Shown one piece after another: positions 38,401-48,122 of a stretch of 64,000 nt of DNA. Location: assembly GCA_965204725.1 (NCBI GenBank), contig OZ242005.1, forward strand, positions 992,001-1,056,000. The letters run 5' to 3'. The DNA is from Candidatus Latescibacterota bacterium (GTDB taxonomy: Bacteria; Latescibacterota; UBA2968; UBA8231). The notes under the pieces are model-generated. The model was not told the DNA's origin and searched no databases. It worked only from the letters and a program-made list of their open reading frames with translations. Made by a program: the position numbers and the translations under genes. How positions within the stretch are numbered: position 1 is the stretch's first letter; the number at the start of each line of letters is the position of its first letter.

Positions 38401-39100
38401 CCACCTTCAGAAGCGTGAGTTCGGCTTCCGGTGCCACATCGTAGATAATCTCGGCACACGCCGTGCCGTGGACATCCTCGCCAGCGTATATCCCCTCGTC
38501 CGTATAGTCGAAATACCGCCAAGTCGCCGGCATGTCTGGCCCTAATTGGTCCGCCCCCTTAAATCCTCCGTCAATAACGGCCACCTTGACCCCTTGGCCT
38601 CTGACGCCTGCATTGTAATTATTTATAGAGTTGATGAGTCGCCGACCTTCGCTCCAAGTCTGTTGCGTGTGCGGCCGGAACGGTCGGCGGACAAAGCTCA
38701 CCCCCGGCAGTTCCGACACCGCCAACAACGACGACGCCGGAACCGAAACCCGCATCAAACTCTTGGACTGCGCCAACACCTCGACGCCCAGTGCCGCCAT
38801 AGACGACGTATCAATCGACGCCGACGCTTGCCCGCGCTGGGGAACCAAAATGACGACGACCGTATCCTCAACGCCTCCCGCACGAGTTAGCTTGCCCGCT
38901 GGCGGCACGGCCAACTCCCACAACGCACTCTGTATCTTGGCCGGGCCGTCGGGCTTGACCGGGGCAGAGTTTAGGTCCTGTCCCCAAAGGGGTACATAGC
39001 CGAGGACGCCCAAGAAAAGGGCGGTCATAACTTTACTGCGGAAAACGACTTTACGAGTACTCATATTGATGGCCTTCGCTGAAGTTAGGGGTTTTGACAT
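35495..39100 (-). CDS. Secreted S8 (subtilisin-like) peptidase with five IPT/TIG repeats and C-terminal FlgD-Ig domain
   Basis: Catalytic triad VAVIDGG / HGTACAE / GTSAAAPHVAG; AAGN; five (S/A)PxIxxISP...GxxFG repeats; PFPAPFN...WDGRT...GVYW. Confidence 0.92.
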   Translation of the reverse strand: MSKPLTSAKAINMSTRKVVFRSKVMTALFLGVLGYVPLWGQDLNSAPVKPDGPAKIQSALWELAVPPAGKLTRAGGVEDTVVVILVPQRGQASASIDTSSMAALGVEVLAQSKSLMRVSVPASSLLAVSELPGVSFVRRPFRPHTQQTWSEGRRLINSINNYNAGVRGQGVKVAVIDGGFKGADQLGPDMPATWRYFDYTDEGIYAGEDVHGTACAEIIYDVAPEAELTLLKVDDLLDLENAKDFCIREGIDIINHSLGWFGTGIGDGRGIACDIVNDAADKGILWVDAAGNDAKSHYYGFWSDSDDDGWQNFSGEDQGIGIEAEKGEEIRIFLTWNDWPTSREDYDLYLDFVNPSGDLEFVAYSIDPQRDLSSHIPVERIEIKAEQSGKYEISVRSENDARPRRLKIWSLNHDFEKYSVAENSIGSPADARGAMSVGAVHFDEYDLGIIADYSSRGPTTDGRFKPELVAPSGVSTASYGESEVFYGYTGTSAAAPHVAGAAALIKSANPSYSRDDLWDALVEATVDIGPRGRDNTFGYGKLVLPVMQAPQVTSPQITSISPSRVRYSQVVTIRGRAFGANRGTSRVVFFGGKMPSASHYVSWSDTQIRVRVPSGARTGDLQVVTTNGSDTARLTVTSPWIGGVSPGTVRSNNVVTVSGENFGSSRGSSSVRIGSVTITSFTSWSSRSIRFRVPLNTPPGNLTIRTTEGTSNSIRLAITSPYLTRISPTHVQPGDRLTLTGGNFGSRRGTGYVLFGSVRASAADYVSWSDRRIVVKVPDQAPSDDVRVTTSNGTSETKHLEIGSTAPWISSISPQTARTNTIVTVSGGNFGSSRGSSSVRIGSTAITSFTSWTNGTIRFRIPRNTPPGNLTVRTAEGTSNFIRLNITSPYLTNISPTSVATGDRLTLTGGNFGSSRGTGYVLFFSSVRPSGADYVSWSDRRIVVEVPDEAQSGDVWVRTSNGTSGTKRLEIEGESVEPLPSRGLFGYSPPAVSKNPKSVKFGFDEGTSRELYCYFSLKEISDGEVDIFLNEELYTTPSASEDWTDWYLPLERTDLRSGTNIIEFRNFFNQDRTSSFDRWQLKDVSVTSRRPANAKRVADTRFPSELPDELVSGLGDPFPAPFNAEVTIPFAVATASPVRLAVYNLMGQPIRVLADGWAEAGWHQVRWDGRTAAGAEAASGVYWAVLQAGDAVQTAKLALIR

Positions 39101-39327
39101 TCCAATTCGTCCTCCAAGCGGCGCGTTCTATGGCGACGCCAGATTAAGAACTAATGGTGCGGTCTGGGTAGTTTCTACTCTGAGGGTATCCCACCTTTCA
39201 GCTACGGAGCGTTCCTATGACCCCAGCCGAGTTTATAGTAGCCCTGTTCTATTGTATTGACAATCAGATGCTTGCCGTGCCGAAACATCCTCAAGCATCC
39301 TTATATCCCAGTGAGGTGATTGATTCA

Positions 39328-41565
39328 CTATCGGCGTAGCGTTTGTGACCGCGCCATCCTACGCAGCAGCAGCAAGGCCCCCAGATAGCAACAGATAGCG
39401 GCCCCCAGCGCGGCGGCAAATCCCCAATGCAGGGCGATGAAAACCGCCAAGGCCGCGCCAAAGACCGAGGCTACGCCGTTGACGGCAAATCCCCAGTCAA
39501 TGCACTCGCCGACGGCGCGTGCGGCGCGGGGGAAGGGCATCCCCATAAAAAATCCCGGCGGGGCGATCAACGCGCAGCTTATAGCGACCCGCACTCCCCA
39601 ATCGAGCCTTCCACAGAGCGCGACCACGTGCGGAAAGAGGACTAGATGCGCCGCTGTCCACGCGGCGACAAAGACAAACGGCCACCACGGCTCGCCGCGC
39701 TGCGAGCAGAAACTCCCCGCGCCCGAACTCAGCAAGAGCGCCAACAAAACGATTGGAAACGTGTAGGCCGAATGGCCCAAGAGCAGGCTGTATTGCTGGA
39801 TCCACACTACCTCGATCAGCATGTAGCCCATGCCAATCGCGGCAAAGTACAGCCAAGCGGCCCCCGCTAGCCCGGTTTGCCCACGCCAGCGCGGCAAGAG
39901 CAACAGGGGCACTCCCACCGCGACGACGACGGTCAGCACGGCCGCTACCAGCAGTCGCGCCAGCGGAAATCCGGTAAACTCAAAGGCCCTGCTGCCCGCG
40001 TCCCAGCGGTCCCAGCGCCCCATCTGCGCCACAAAGGGCCGGTCGTCGGTCGTCGGGCTGATGTCGATGGGGGCTGTGGCCCAATGCGCTTCCCAGCCGT
40101 CGGCCACAATCCGGCTGATTAGGTGATCGGTTGCGAGGGTTGGATGGAGGATGCGGCTGGCCGGGTCAGCCGCGGCAAACAGGGCTGGCAAGGTCGCGTG
40201 GACCAAGGTGCTCGCCAGCGGCTGCCGCCCCAAAACCAACACCTGCCGTCGCTGCGTGGGCAGGTCGTACACCGCGAGGTGGCTTTCGGCCGCTAGGCCC
40301 AGTGCTCGCAAGGCCGCTAGGGCCGCGCTGGTCAGCCGCGGCACGTACACTTGGTGCTCGATGAGCAAAACCCCGTCTGCGGTCAGGGCGCGGTAGAAGT
40401 CGGCGAAGGCTTCGACCGTGAATAGGTAGTTTTCGGCGAGGGCAAACGCCCCGGACGAGAGCGCGGCGAATGTATTGGAACTGCGCGAGATAATCAGGTC
40501 AAACGCGGCCGGGTGCTGCCGGGCATAGACGCGGGCGTCTGCGCTGTGAACCTCAACGCCGGCACTCTCGTACAGGTGGCCAAAGAACGCAGCTTGCGCT
40601 CCATGGGTGAGCATTTTGTTGAGCCCGGCGTTGACTTCAACCGCATCGACGCGCTGCGCCCCGCCCCATTTAGCCTGCATGACTTCGCTGCCCCCACCGG
40701 CCCCGACCACCAGGACCCGCTCGGGCGCGAGGGCGCGAATTAGCGGCCGCAGGTCGAGCGCAAACTCGGGTGCGGTCGCCGGTAGCCCTTCGCGCCAATC
40801 GCCGCGCACCCGGTGGAGCAGCATGTTGGCCGCGCCGTCGATGTCGATGCCGCGCACGGCCGCGCTGTGGGCGAAGACCCGGATGCGACCCAGGGCGTCC
40901 CAGCGTTCAGCGATGACGGGTGCCTTGGTCGGCTCCTTGGGCACGAGCGCGGCATCGGCGGCAAAGGCCGCGCCCCCGAGTGCGGCGAGCAAGGCCAGCA
41001 CTCCTGTGCGCTGGTAGCGGCCCGGCCCCCATCCGGCTAGGGCGCCGGGAATGCAGCACAGCACGGCCGCGGCCGGCACCCCAAAAACGTTCATCGCAGC
41101 GATGGCGGCCGCGCCGCCGCCGGCCGCGCCCACTAAGTCGGCCGCGTAGAGTTGGGCGGCGTTTGCGCGGTGGCGGCGCAAGAGCGCGGCGCAGCAGGCC
41201 CCGCCGGCCAGATAGGGCAGCAACAACAGCCCCACGCCCGCAGCCAGCAAGGCGAGGTCGCCTCCAGAACGCCCCAGCGCGCCAAATTCGATGGGCAGGC
41301 GCGTTACTGCGGCCGGCCCTATTGCGGCCGTGCCACTGGCCAAGAGCGCGGCGATTTGCGGCGAGGCGGTCCACGCTGGCCAAAAGCGCAGCGACAGTGC
41401 CCCGAGGCCGAGGCCGAACACGGCGAGGGAAACCACGAGAAAGGCAAAGGAGTAGAAGAATTCAGCAGAGAATATCCGCGTCCAGACGATCTCTAGCGCG
41501 ACCAGCATGGCCGCGACCAAGCCGATGGCCACTTGGTCGCGGCGCAAGGGACTCATGGTGCTCAT
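39328..41565 (-). CDS. Polytopic membrane protein with central spermidine-synthase-like SAM-binding domain
   Basis: N- and C-terminal TM bundles; LYAADLVG; VLVVGAGGG, VEVN, DAR, ENYLFTVEAF, TDDRPF. Confidence 0.85.
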   Translation of the reverse strand: MSTMSPLRRDQVAIGLVAAMLVALEIVWTRIFSAEFFYSFAFLVVSLAVFGLGLGALSLRFWPAWTASPQIAALLASGTAAIGPAAVTRLPIEFGALGRSGGDLALLAAGVGLLLLPYLAGGACCAALLRRHRANAAQLYAADLVGAAGGGAAAIAAMNVFGVPAAAVLCCIPGALAGWGPGRYQRTGVLALLAALGGAAFAADAALVPKEPTKAPVIAERWDALGRIRVFAHSAAVRGIDIDGAANMLLHRVRGDWREGLPATAPEFALDLRPLIRALAPERVLVVGAGGGSEVMQAKWGGAQRVDAVEVNAGLNKMLTHGAQAAFFGHLYESAGVEVHSADARVYARQHPAAFDLIISRSSNTFAALSSGAFALAENYLFTVEAFADFYRALTADGVLLIEHQVYVPRLTSAALAALRALGLAAESHLAVYDLPTQRRQVLVLGRQPLASTLVHATLPALFAAADPASRILHPTLATDHLISRIVADGWEAHWATAPIDISPTTDDRPFVAQMGRWDRWDAGSRAFEFTGFPLARLLVAAVLTVVVAVGVPLLLLPRWRGQTGLAGAAWLYFAAIGMGYMLIEVVWIQQYSLLLGHSAYTFPIVLLALLLSSGAGSFCSQRGEPWWPFVFVAAWTAAHLVLFPHVVALCGRLDWGVRVAISCALIAPPGFFMGMPFPRAARAVGECIDWGFAVNGVASVFGAALAVFIALHWGFAAALGAAICCYLGALLLLRRMARSQTLRR

Positions 41566-41601
41566 TCCACAGGCTGTCCGACCGGGGACAAAATCGGGCG
41601 G

Positions 41602-42852
41602 CTAGCTCAAAAACCACGCAATCGGCACGGCCGTAATCCCCTCAGCTAACGCCTGAACTCGCCCATCGTTGGACAGTACGAGGGCATGCAATACGGGTTT
41701 GTCGAGAATATCTTCCAATCGCCGCAGGTGACGGGCATCGCCCGCGGCGACCTGTTCGGTCATTTTGATTTCGATGGGAATAAATCCGGCCTCGGTTTCC
41801 AACAACAGATCGACCTCCCGTCCGTCGGCGGTGCGCAGATGGTGCAAGGTCACCGGCAGGCGGCTGTTCTTAATTTGCTTGTAGATCTCGGCAATCACCG
41901 CGCTTTCAAACTCGCCTCCCGTAGGCAAACCGCGCCGACCGAGCAACGCACGTTGCACCCCCGGATCGACAAAGTGGACCTTGGGTGCTTTGGACAAGCG
42001 CTTCTGCATATTGCGAAACCAAGGCTGGAGCAAAATGATCTGATAGCTGATCTCCAAATAGGTTACAAAACGCTTGGCCGTCTTGGTTGCAATCCCGGCC
42101 TGATTGGCCAAATTGGCCAGATTTAAGAGGCCGCCGGTCATCCCGGACAGGGCTTTTTGCGCCCGCACAAAAGGTTCCAATTCTCGCAAGTTGGCCAAGT
42201 CGCGCACATCGCGCTGGATATAGGTCTGGATGTAATTGGCTAGCCACTCGTATTTCTCGGCGGCGTTTAGGGTTTCGTCTGCCAACGCCGGCATGGCCCC
42301 AAACTGCAAATAGTCGTCCAACAGTTGGCGCACCCGCGCATAGCGCGTCTCTTGCCTTGGCATCCCCCACAACATGTCAGCGGGCGTCCCGCTTCTGAGC
42401 CATTCAATCAGGCGCGATTCGGCCACGGGATCGCGCCACGATTCGGTCAGCATTTCCGCAAACGTCAGCGGATATAGTTCGACCAAAGAGACCCGTCCGG
42501 CCAAGCTCTCGCGGATTTTTTCTATCAACAGAATTTGGCTCGATCCCAAAAGGATGTAGCGCGCATCGTCATACAGATCATAGACCGCCTTGATTGACTC
42601 TACCAAGCGGGGGGCCTTTTGCACCTCGTCGAGAATCGCCACCGGATACCGTTGTCGCCATTGCGCGGCCGATAGGGCTAGAAAATCAGGTCGCACGACG
42701 GGATCCTCCAGCGAGAGATACGCATACTCGGCAAAGCCGGCTCGCACGAGCGTGGTTTTACCCGTTTGCCGCGCCCCGGTCAGCACGATGATTCGCCCGA
42801 ACTTGGACGCTGATTTTTGTTTTAGATCGGGAAGTAAGGCTCTGTTTTTCAC
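41602..42852 (-). CDS. AAA_14 ATPase with DUF4143 domain
   Basis: GARQTGKT, LDEVQK, ESLAGR, KAPKVHFVDPG, EVDLL...IEIK. Confidence 0.9.
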   Translation of the reverse strand: MKNRALLPDLKQKSASKFGRIIVLTGARQTGKTTLVRAGFAEYAYLSLEDPVVRPDFLALSAAQWRQRYPVAILDEVQKAPRLVESIKAVYDLYDDARYILLGSSQILLIEKIRESLAGRVSLVELYPLTFAEMLTESWRDPVAESRLIEWLRSGTPADMLWGMPRQETRYARVRQLLDDYLQFGAMPALADETLNAAEKYEWLANYIQTYIQRDVRDLANLRELEPFVRAQKALSGMTGGLLNLANLANQAGIATKTAKRFVTYLEISYQIILLQPWFRNMQKRLSKAPKVHFVDPGVQRALLGRRGLPTGGEFESAVIAEIYKQIKNSRLPVTLHHLRTADGREVDLLLETEAGFIPIEIKMTEQVAAGDARHLRRLEDILDKPVLHALVLSNDGRVQALAEGITAVPIAWFLS

Positions 42853-42928
42853 GGTAGGCCCCTTTTGGGCGTAAAATCGGGCATTAAGGCCATAATTTAC
42901 GCCGAATAGAGGCGCTAGCAAGGTGGGG

Positions 42929-43252
42929 TTAGTCGAGGTGGAAGACTTCTTCGAGCTCGATCAATACGTCAGCCGGGGTGCCGCCGGCCGGTATATCGAC
43001 CAAGTCGCCGCAAGCCTCGCCCCAGCGTTGCGTGGCCTCTTCCGCGAGAAAGCCGGCGAGGGCGGTGGCGAAATTCGTCTCGGTCTCAAAGTAGCCGAAG
43101 ACGAGCCCGTCGGCGTTCATAAAGAGCGAGTAGCGTTGCCAGCCGTGGCGGGTGAGGGCCGCGCAGACTTCGGGCCACACTTGGCGATGCACTTCCTTGT
43201 ACTCGGCGATCCGATCCTTTTTGACCTGCATCTGAAAACCAACTCGTCGCAT
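42929..43252 (-). CDS. rhaM: L-rhamnose mutarotase family protein
   Basis: EYKEVHRQVWPEV, YSLF, LVFGYFE, LEEVFHLD; GAGGAG RBS. Confidence 0.85.
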   Translation of the reverse strand: MRRVGFQMQVKKDRIAEYKEVHRQVWPEVCAALTRHGWQRYSLFMNADGLVFGYFETETNFATALAGFLAEEATQRWGEACGDLVDIPAGGTPADVLIELEEVFHLD

Positions 43253-43311
43253 TTGATTGAGCTCCTCGGGAAATTTCATCGCCTAGGGCTGGAACTCGCC
43301 GCAAATTTATC

Positions 43312-43343
43312 GGCCACAAAAGGCACAAAGGGCACAAAAGGCA
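43312..43343 (+). repeat. Intergenic GGCACAAA(A/G) tandem 9-mers
   Basis: GGCCACAAAAGGCACAAAGGGCACAAAAGGCA. Confidence 0.7.
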
Positions 43344-43348
43344 TTGGG

Positions 43349-43891
43349 TCAAACTCCTTTGAAATTGTCTAGGTCTGGGACAATGGACTGGCCGCGGTCC
43401 AAATCGAAGTCGATCTCCACGGAGTGTGCTTGGTAGTCTTGGTCGCCGCGTGTGGTCTGATATACGTCGCGGCCCTCGACGCAGATGGGCATGGTGTGCC
43501 ACACCCCGAGGTGCAAGCAGACGCCCACATCGCCGGCCGAGTAAAAAGCGCGCAACTCCTCGGCCTTGATGTCGGCTTGGATCGCTCCGACGATGAACAC
43601 GGTCGGCGAGTGCAAGCTGGGGTAAAACGACTGGCCGGCGTCGGTGTGAAAGGCAAAATGGGCGCGCGCTAGCCCCTCGGAGATGGGGACGCGCTGCGGG
43701 TGAAGGGCGTACCAGCTCGGGGGGTCCTTGGGCTGGGGGCCGGGCGTGGCGAGGACGGGGTATGCGTTGGTGGCATAACCGCCTTTGACCTTGTCGGGCT
43801 TGCGTTCCTCAAAGGTGCTAATCACGTGGCCGAAGGGGGCAAACGCTTGAGGGGCGAGCGGCTCAACTGGGACTTTCACGAGGTTCCACAT
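43349..43891 (-). CDS. Ureidoglycolate lyase-like cupin
   Basis: EPLAPQAFAPFGHVI, H...QSFYP, LRAF...GVCLHLGVWH. Confidence 0.75.
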   Translation of the reverse strand: MWNLVKVPVEPLAPQAFAPFGHVISTFEERKPDKVKGGYATNAYPVLATPGPQPKDPPSWYALHPQRVPISEGLARAHFAFHTDAGQSFYPSLHSPTVFIVGAIQADIKAEELRAFYSAGDVGVCLHLGVWHTMPICVEGRDVYQTTRGDQDYQAHSVEIDFDLDRGQSIVPDLDNFKGV

Positions 43892-43933
43892 GGCAATCTC
43901 CTTTTGCAGGGGTTGGGAATGAGTGACCAGACG

Positions 43934-45178
43934 CTATTCAATGCCGAGGGCGGCGTCTATTTCCGCTTGATAGGCGTACGCTTGGCAGGATTCGACCGCG
44001 CTGAGCGCGACCGGGCCGCCGGCGCGCCACGACTCAAACACCGCGTAGAGCGCGGCCACGTCCTTGAGGCCGCAGCGGGCATCTACTTCAACGGTGCGCT
44101 GGCCGCGAATGGCTGCCGCCATTTCGTGCAACTCGTAGGCGATTAGCTTGACATCGACGAGCGGGTCGCCGGCCGAGACGCCGCTCGGAAACAGATGGCG
44201 AGTCAGCGGGTCGAGCGCTAGGTCCGCGCCCTCGGCCGACGCGAGGATGGCCTCTTGGCTGAGGGGATCGGCATCGCGCCGGGCCAGCGTTACGCGCCCC
44301 CCGCGTATGCCAAAGCCGTCGATGCTGCCGTCAGTGCCCAGGATGAGCTCGCGGTGGGCGCGGGCGTGGCCGGCGATCCCGACGATCCAGTTTAGGGTCG
44401 CGCCGCTGACCATTTTGAAGATCGCTTGGGTCGTGTCCTCGGCCGCGGCCGGGATGCGCTCTGGCATGGCCGCGAAACGCTTTTTGTAAAACTCGTAGTC
44501 CATGGACATGGAAGCTGATTTTTGCCGCTCCGGCTCGACCATCCGCGCATCGGCATAGACTTCGGCAACATCCCCCAACTGGTAGCGGATTACATGGGTG
44601 AAGTGGACCGCCATATCGAGGATAAAGCCGCCCAACTCCCGGCGGTGCCGCCAAGGGGTGATAAAAATGGAATTGCCCGAGCCGAGCGAGTGGTACAACC
44701 CCATATAGGGTGTGCCGATGGTGCCGCGGTCGATTAGGTGGCGCACGATGCGGGCCGAAGGGTCACGGCGGAAGTTTTCGGCTACGGAGACTATGCGCTT
44801 GTTGCGGGCGGCCGCGTCGAGGATCTGTTGGCAGGCTCGCACGGTGATGGCCAGCGGCTTTTCCACCAGCACGTGCAATCCCAAGTCGAGGGCCTCGCAG
44901 ACGACGGTGTGATGCACCGAAGGATCGGTCACCACATCTACGGCCTCTAGGTCTGGCACCTGCTGGACCAGTTCTTCCAGATTGGTACAGACCTTGGGAC
45001 GCACCCCGAGAAGTTGGGCGGCTTCGGCCGCGGCCAGCTCGGCGTTTTCAACGCGGATGTCGCAGACCGCGCTTAGCTCGATGGAGTCAAAGGGGGAGTC
45101 GGCTAGCTGCTTGAGGCCGTGCAGATGGCGAGTGCCCATGCCGCCGCAGCCGACGAGGGCTAGGCGAACCTTGTCCAT
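43934..45178 (-). CDS. Gfo/Idh/MocA oxidoreductase
   Basis: ALVGCGGMG, HVLVEKPLA, VAENFRR, LDMAVH. Confidence 0.92.
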   Translation of the reverse strand: MDKVRLALVGCGGMGTRHLHGLKQLADSPFDSIELSAVCDIRVENAELAAAEAAQLLGVRPKVCTNLEELVQQVPDLEAVDVVTDPSVHHTVVCEALDLGLHVLVEKPLAITVRACQQILDAAARNKRIVSVAENFRRDPSARIVRHLIDRGTIGTPYMGLYHSLGSGNSIFITPWRHRRELGGFILDMAVHFTHVIRYQLGDVAEVYADARMVEPERQKSASMSMDYEFYKKRFAAMPERIPAAAEDTTQAIFKMVSGATLNWIVGIAGHARAHRELILGTDGSIDGFGIRGGRVTLARRDADPLSQEAILASAEGADLALDPLTRHLFPSGVSAGDPLVDVKLIAYELHEMAAAIRGQRTVEVDARCGLKDVAALYAVFESWRAGGPVALSAVESCQAYAYQAEIDAALGIE

Positions 45179-45256
45179 TGAGCTATTCCTGCCAGTGGGG
45201 GAAGCGGCAACTCTACGGCAACTTTGAGGATTTCTAGCACGGCAACGCTCCTGTTG

Positions 45257-46771
45257 TCAAAAGGCCAGTAGCATCGGCCCCATGCGCTCTAGCAAGAGGG
45301 CGCGATAGCGCTCGGCCTTGGCTACTTGCAGCCGCTCGAGCGGGTTGAAGTCGTCGGTGATGAGTTCGCCCTCGGAGGGCATGGGGTGTTCGTGGGCCGC
45401 GAGCCAGTCGGCGGCTGCCGCGAGGGCAATGGGCTGCCGCGAGGCCAAGAAGACAAAGTCGTTAAACGCTTCGCCCGGCAGCGAGACGAAGGCTAGGCGG
45501 TGCGGGTAAATCTCGCCCAGCGTCCGGTACACGGCCGCCGCAGCCTCGGCCTCTGGCCCCTCCGTAAAGCCAACGAAGTTCAGGGCCAAAAGCCCGTCGT
45601 CTTTGAGGAGCCGGTCGAGATCGCCGAGCATTTCGACGCTCAGCAGGTGGCTGGGTACAGACCCGCCAGTGAAACAGTCGTGGACAATGAAGTCGTATTG
45701 CTGGTCGAGGCGGCGAATCTCGTAGCGGGCGTCGCCAACTCGCAGTGCCCCCGATGGCTCGTAGAGAAAGTATTGCTGCGCGGCGTGGGCCACCGCTGGA
45801 TCTAGCTCTAGGGCGTCTGTGGCAATGCCTTGGGCCGCAAACGCCATCGCAATGTAGCCCCCGCCGAGGCCGATGAGCAGCGCGTCGCTCCCCGCCGGGT
45901 GCAAGGAGGGCAGGGCGGTGATGATCTTTTGGTAGCTGAGCACCGGCCCGCGGGTGTCGAGCCGCAGCGCGCTGATGACCGAAGCGTCCGACAGCATCCA
46001 CCGGACGCGGCGGGCGCGGTCGTCGATGACCCGCACCCAGCCGTAGTGGCTTTCGGTTTGGTGGACTAGGCGATAGTCGCCGTAGCTGGTCGGTGTTGGG
46101 GTGGCCTGTAGCCAAAGCCCCGCGCTGGTCGCAACGGCCGCCGCCGCGACCGGCCCCAGCGCGGCGTACCCCCACCGCCGCTCGTACCAAGCCACTATTA
46201 GGGCCAGCAGGATCAAGGCCGCGCTGACTCCGCCGAGAATCACCCGCGACCCCAAGGCCGGCAGGAGGAAAAAGCCCAACAGTAAGGTGCCGACCACGCT
46301 GCCGACCGTGCTAACCGCAAAGACCGAGCCAGCCGCCCGGCCCACGCCTGCCCGCCGCGCCGCCAGCTCGATCACCTGCGGCCCTACCATCCCGAGGCAG
46401 GTCAGCGGCAGGGCAAAAAGCAGTAGGGCGCTGGTAAAGGCCCCGGTGCGTAGCCCCAGATCATTGGTCCACAGCAAGACCGGGCGGCAGACAAACGGAA
46501 TCGCGGCCGTCGTCAGCCCGGCGAGTGCTATGGCGTAGGACAGTCGGAAGCGCGTCTTGCGGTCGGCGACCAAGCCCCCGAGGTAATAGCCCAGTGCCAA
46601 GGCGATCAGAGCAACCGATATGAGCGACGACCACACGTAGAGGCTGACCCCGTAAAAGGGGCCGATGATGCGCGTGCCCAGCAACTCTAGCATCATCACC
46701 GCGGCGCCAGAGATGGTTACGGTGCCGTATAGCAGCAGCCGATCGGGGGCCGTGGTGCGTTGGTTAGTCAT
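45257..46771 (-). CDS. Fused membrane domain / spermidine-synthase-like protein
   Basis: MMLELLGTRII, STVGSVVGT, LLIGLGGG, ELDP, GDAR, DCF...PSHL, TDDFNP. Confidence 0.88.
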   Translation of the reverse strand: MTNQRTTAPDRLLLYGTVTISGAAVMMLELLGTRIIGPFYGVSLYVWSSLISVALIALALGYYLGGLVADRKTRFRLSYAIALAGLTTAAIPFVCRPVLLWTNDLGLRTGAFTSALLLFALPLTCLGMVGPQVIELAARRAGVGRAAGSVFAVSTVGSVVGTLLLGFFLLPALGSRVILGGVSAALILLALIVAWYERRWGYAALGPVAAAAVATSAGLWLQATPTPTSYGDYRLVHQTESHYGWVRVIDDRARRVRWMLSDASVISALRLDTRGPVLSYQKIITALPSLHPAGSDALLIGLGGGYIAMAFAAQGIATDALELDPAVAHAAQQYFLYEPSGALRVGDARYEIRRLDQQYDFIVHDCFTGGSVPSHLLSVEMLGDLDRLLKDDGLLALNFVGFTEGPEAEAAAAVYRTLGEIYPHRLAFVSLPGEAFNDFVFLASRQPIALAAAADWLAAHEHPMPSEGELITDDFNPLERLQVAKAERYRALLLERMGPMLLAF

Positions 46772-48122
46772 GCTCGCTGGTTTCTTGGGCCGTCTGCGCG
46801 AGTTGTTGGTAGCGCTGCATGGCCGCGTCGGCCCGGGCGTCTAGCCCTTGGCTCTTGTAGAGACGCGCTAGGTGGAAGTGGGCGTCGGCATAGTCTGGAG
46901 CTAACCGGAGTGCCTTGGCGAGGGCTTGGCTGGCTCGCTGCACATCGCCGCCGAGCATGTACGCCGCGCCGAGGTTGGTGAAGCCCTTGGCGTAGCGCGG
47001 GTTGATCGACAAGGCGATCTCGTAGTGTTCGATGGCCTCGGCGATGCGGCCCTGCCGCAACAATACATTGGCGAGGTTGTTGCGCGCACTCAGGTCTTGG
47101 TCGTTGATGCGGAGCGCGGTCGCGTACTCGACGCCAGCCTCGGCATAGCGCCCTAAGCCGCCGTAGAGCACGCCGAGGTTGTAGTGCGCGTTGGCGTCGT
47201 CTGGATAGAGGCCGAGGATATAGCGGAACCGCTCGATGTCGTCATATACGGGTTGGATGCGCTGGAAGGCGGCCAATAGCTTCTCGCCCCGCTCGGTGTC
47301 GCCTTGGCGCGTCAAGAGGGTGCCGAGCCGGTGGTACGCCTCGGGATTAAACGGGTCGAGGGCCATGGCGCGGGCAAAGAGCCGCTCGGCCTCATCGGCG
47401 CGGCCCTGATAGGCGCGCACTTGGCCCAGCCCGATGAGCGGTGCGGCGTCGTCCGGGCGCAACTCAATGGCCCGGGCAAAGTTAGCACCCGCTGCGGCGT
47501 GCTGGCCCTGCTTGTGTTGGATTTGCCCCAGCCGGAGGTACGCGTCGCTATACGCGGTGTCGATCTCAGCGGCGCGGGAAAAGGCCGTGCCGGCCGCGCT
47601 GTATTGCGCTTGGCGCTCGTAGATCACGCCGAGGTTGTAGAAAATGGCTGCGTCGCCCGGGGCCAGTGCCTGCGCTTGCTGGAGGACCGCGACCGCCTCG
47701 GCGTAGCGGCCATCGTCTGCGTGGGCGATGGCTAGCTTGCGGTAGAGGTCAATGCGGTCGGGGGCCGTGTCGAGCCCCTCTTGGTAGGTGGTTGCCGCGT
47801 CGGCGTTGCGCCGCTGCCGGACGTAAATGTCGCCCAAGAGGACGTAGGCGTCGGTGTGGTTTGGGGCCAGCGCGACGGCCTGCTCGGCTAGTTGGGACGC
47901 CAGCCCTAGCCGCCCTTGGATCAAGTCGAGGCGGGCCAAGAGCAGGCGGGCTTCGAGGTGCTGGCTGTCTGCTGAGAGCACCTGCTTGCAGGCGGCGACG
48001 GCCGCAGTGTACTCGCCGGCTGCTGCGAGGCGTTGCGCTTCGCCAAAGCGGTCGTTGGGTTTGCTGGGGTTGCCGCAGGCGGCGAGTAGGGCGGCCGCCC
48101 AAACGCTAAACTTGAGAGTCAT
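46764..48122 (-). CDS. TPR-repeat lipoprotein
   Basis: LAAC lipobox; many AxxNLGxxY TPR units. Confidence 0.9.
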   Translation of the reverse strand: MTLKFSVWAAALLAACGNPSKPNDRFGEAQRLAAAGEYTAAVAACKQVLSADSQHLEARLLLARLDLIQGRLGLASQLAEQAVALAPNHTDAYVLLGDIYVRQRRNADAATTYQEGLDTAPDRIDLYRKLAIAHADDGRYAEAVAVLQQAQALAPGDAAIFYNLGVIYERQAQYSAAGTAFSRAAEIDTAYSDAYLRLGQIQHKQGQHAAAGANFARAIELRPDDAAPLIGLGQVRAYQGRADEAERLFARAMALDPFNPEAYHRLGTLLTRQGDTERGEKLLAAFQRIQPVYDDIERFRYILGLYPDDANAHYNLGVLYGGLGRYAEAGVEYATALRINDQDLSARNNLANVLLRQGRIAEAIEHYEIALSINPRYAKGFTNLGAAYMLGGDVQRASQALAKALRLAPDYADAHFHLARLYKSQGLDARADAAMQRYQQLAQTAQETSEHD

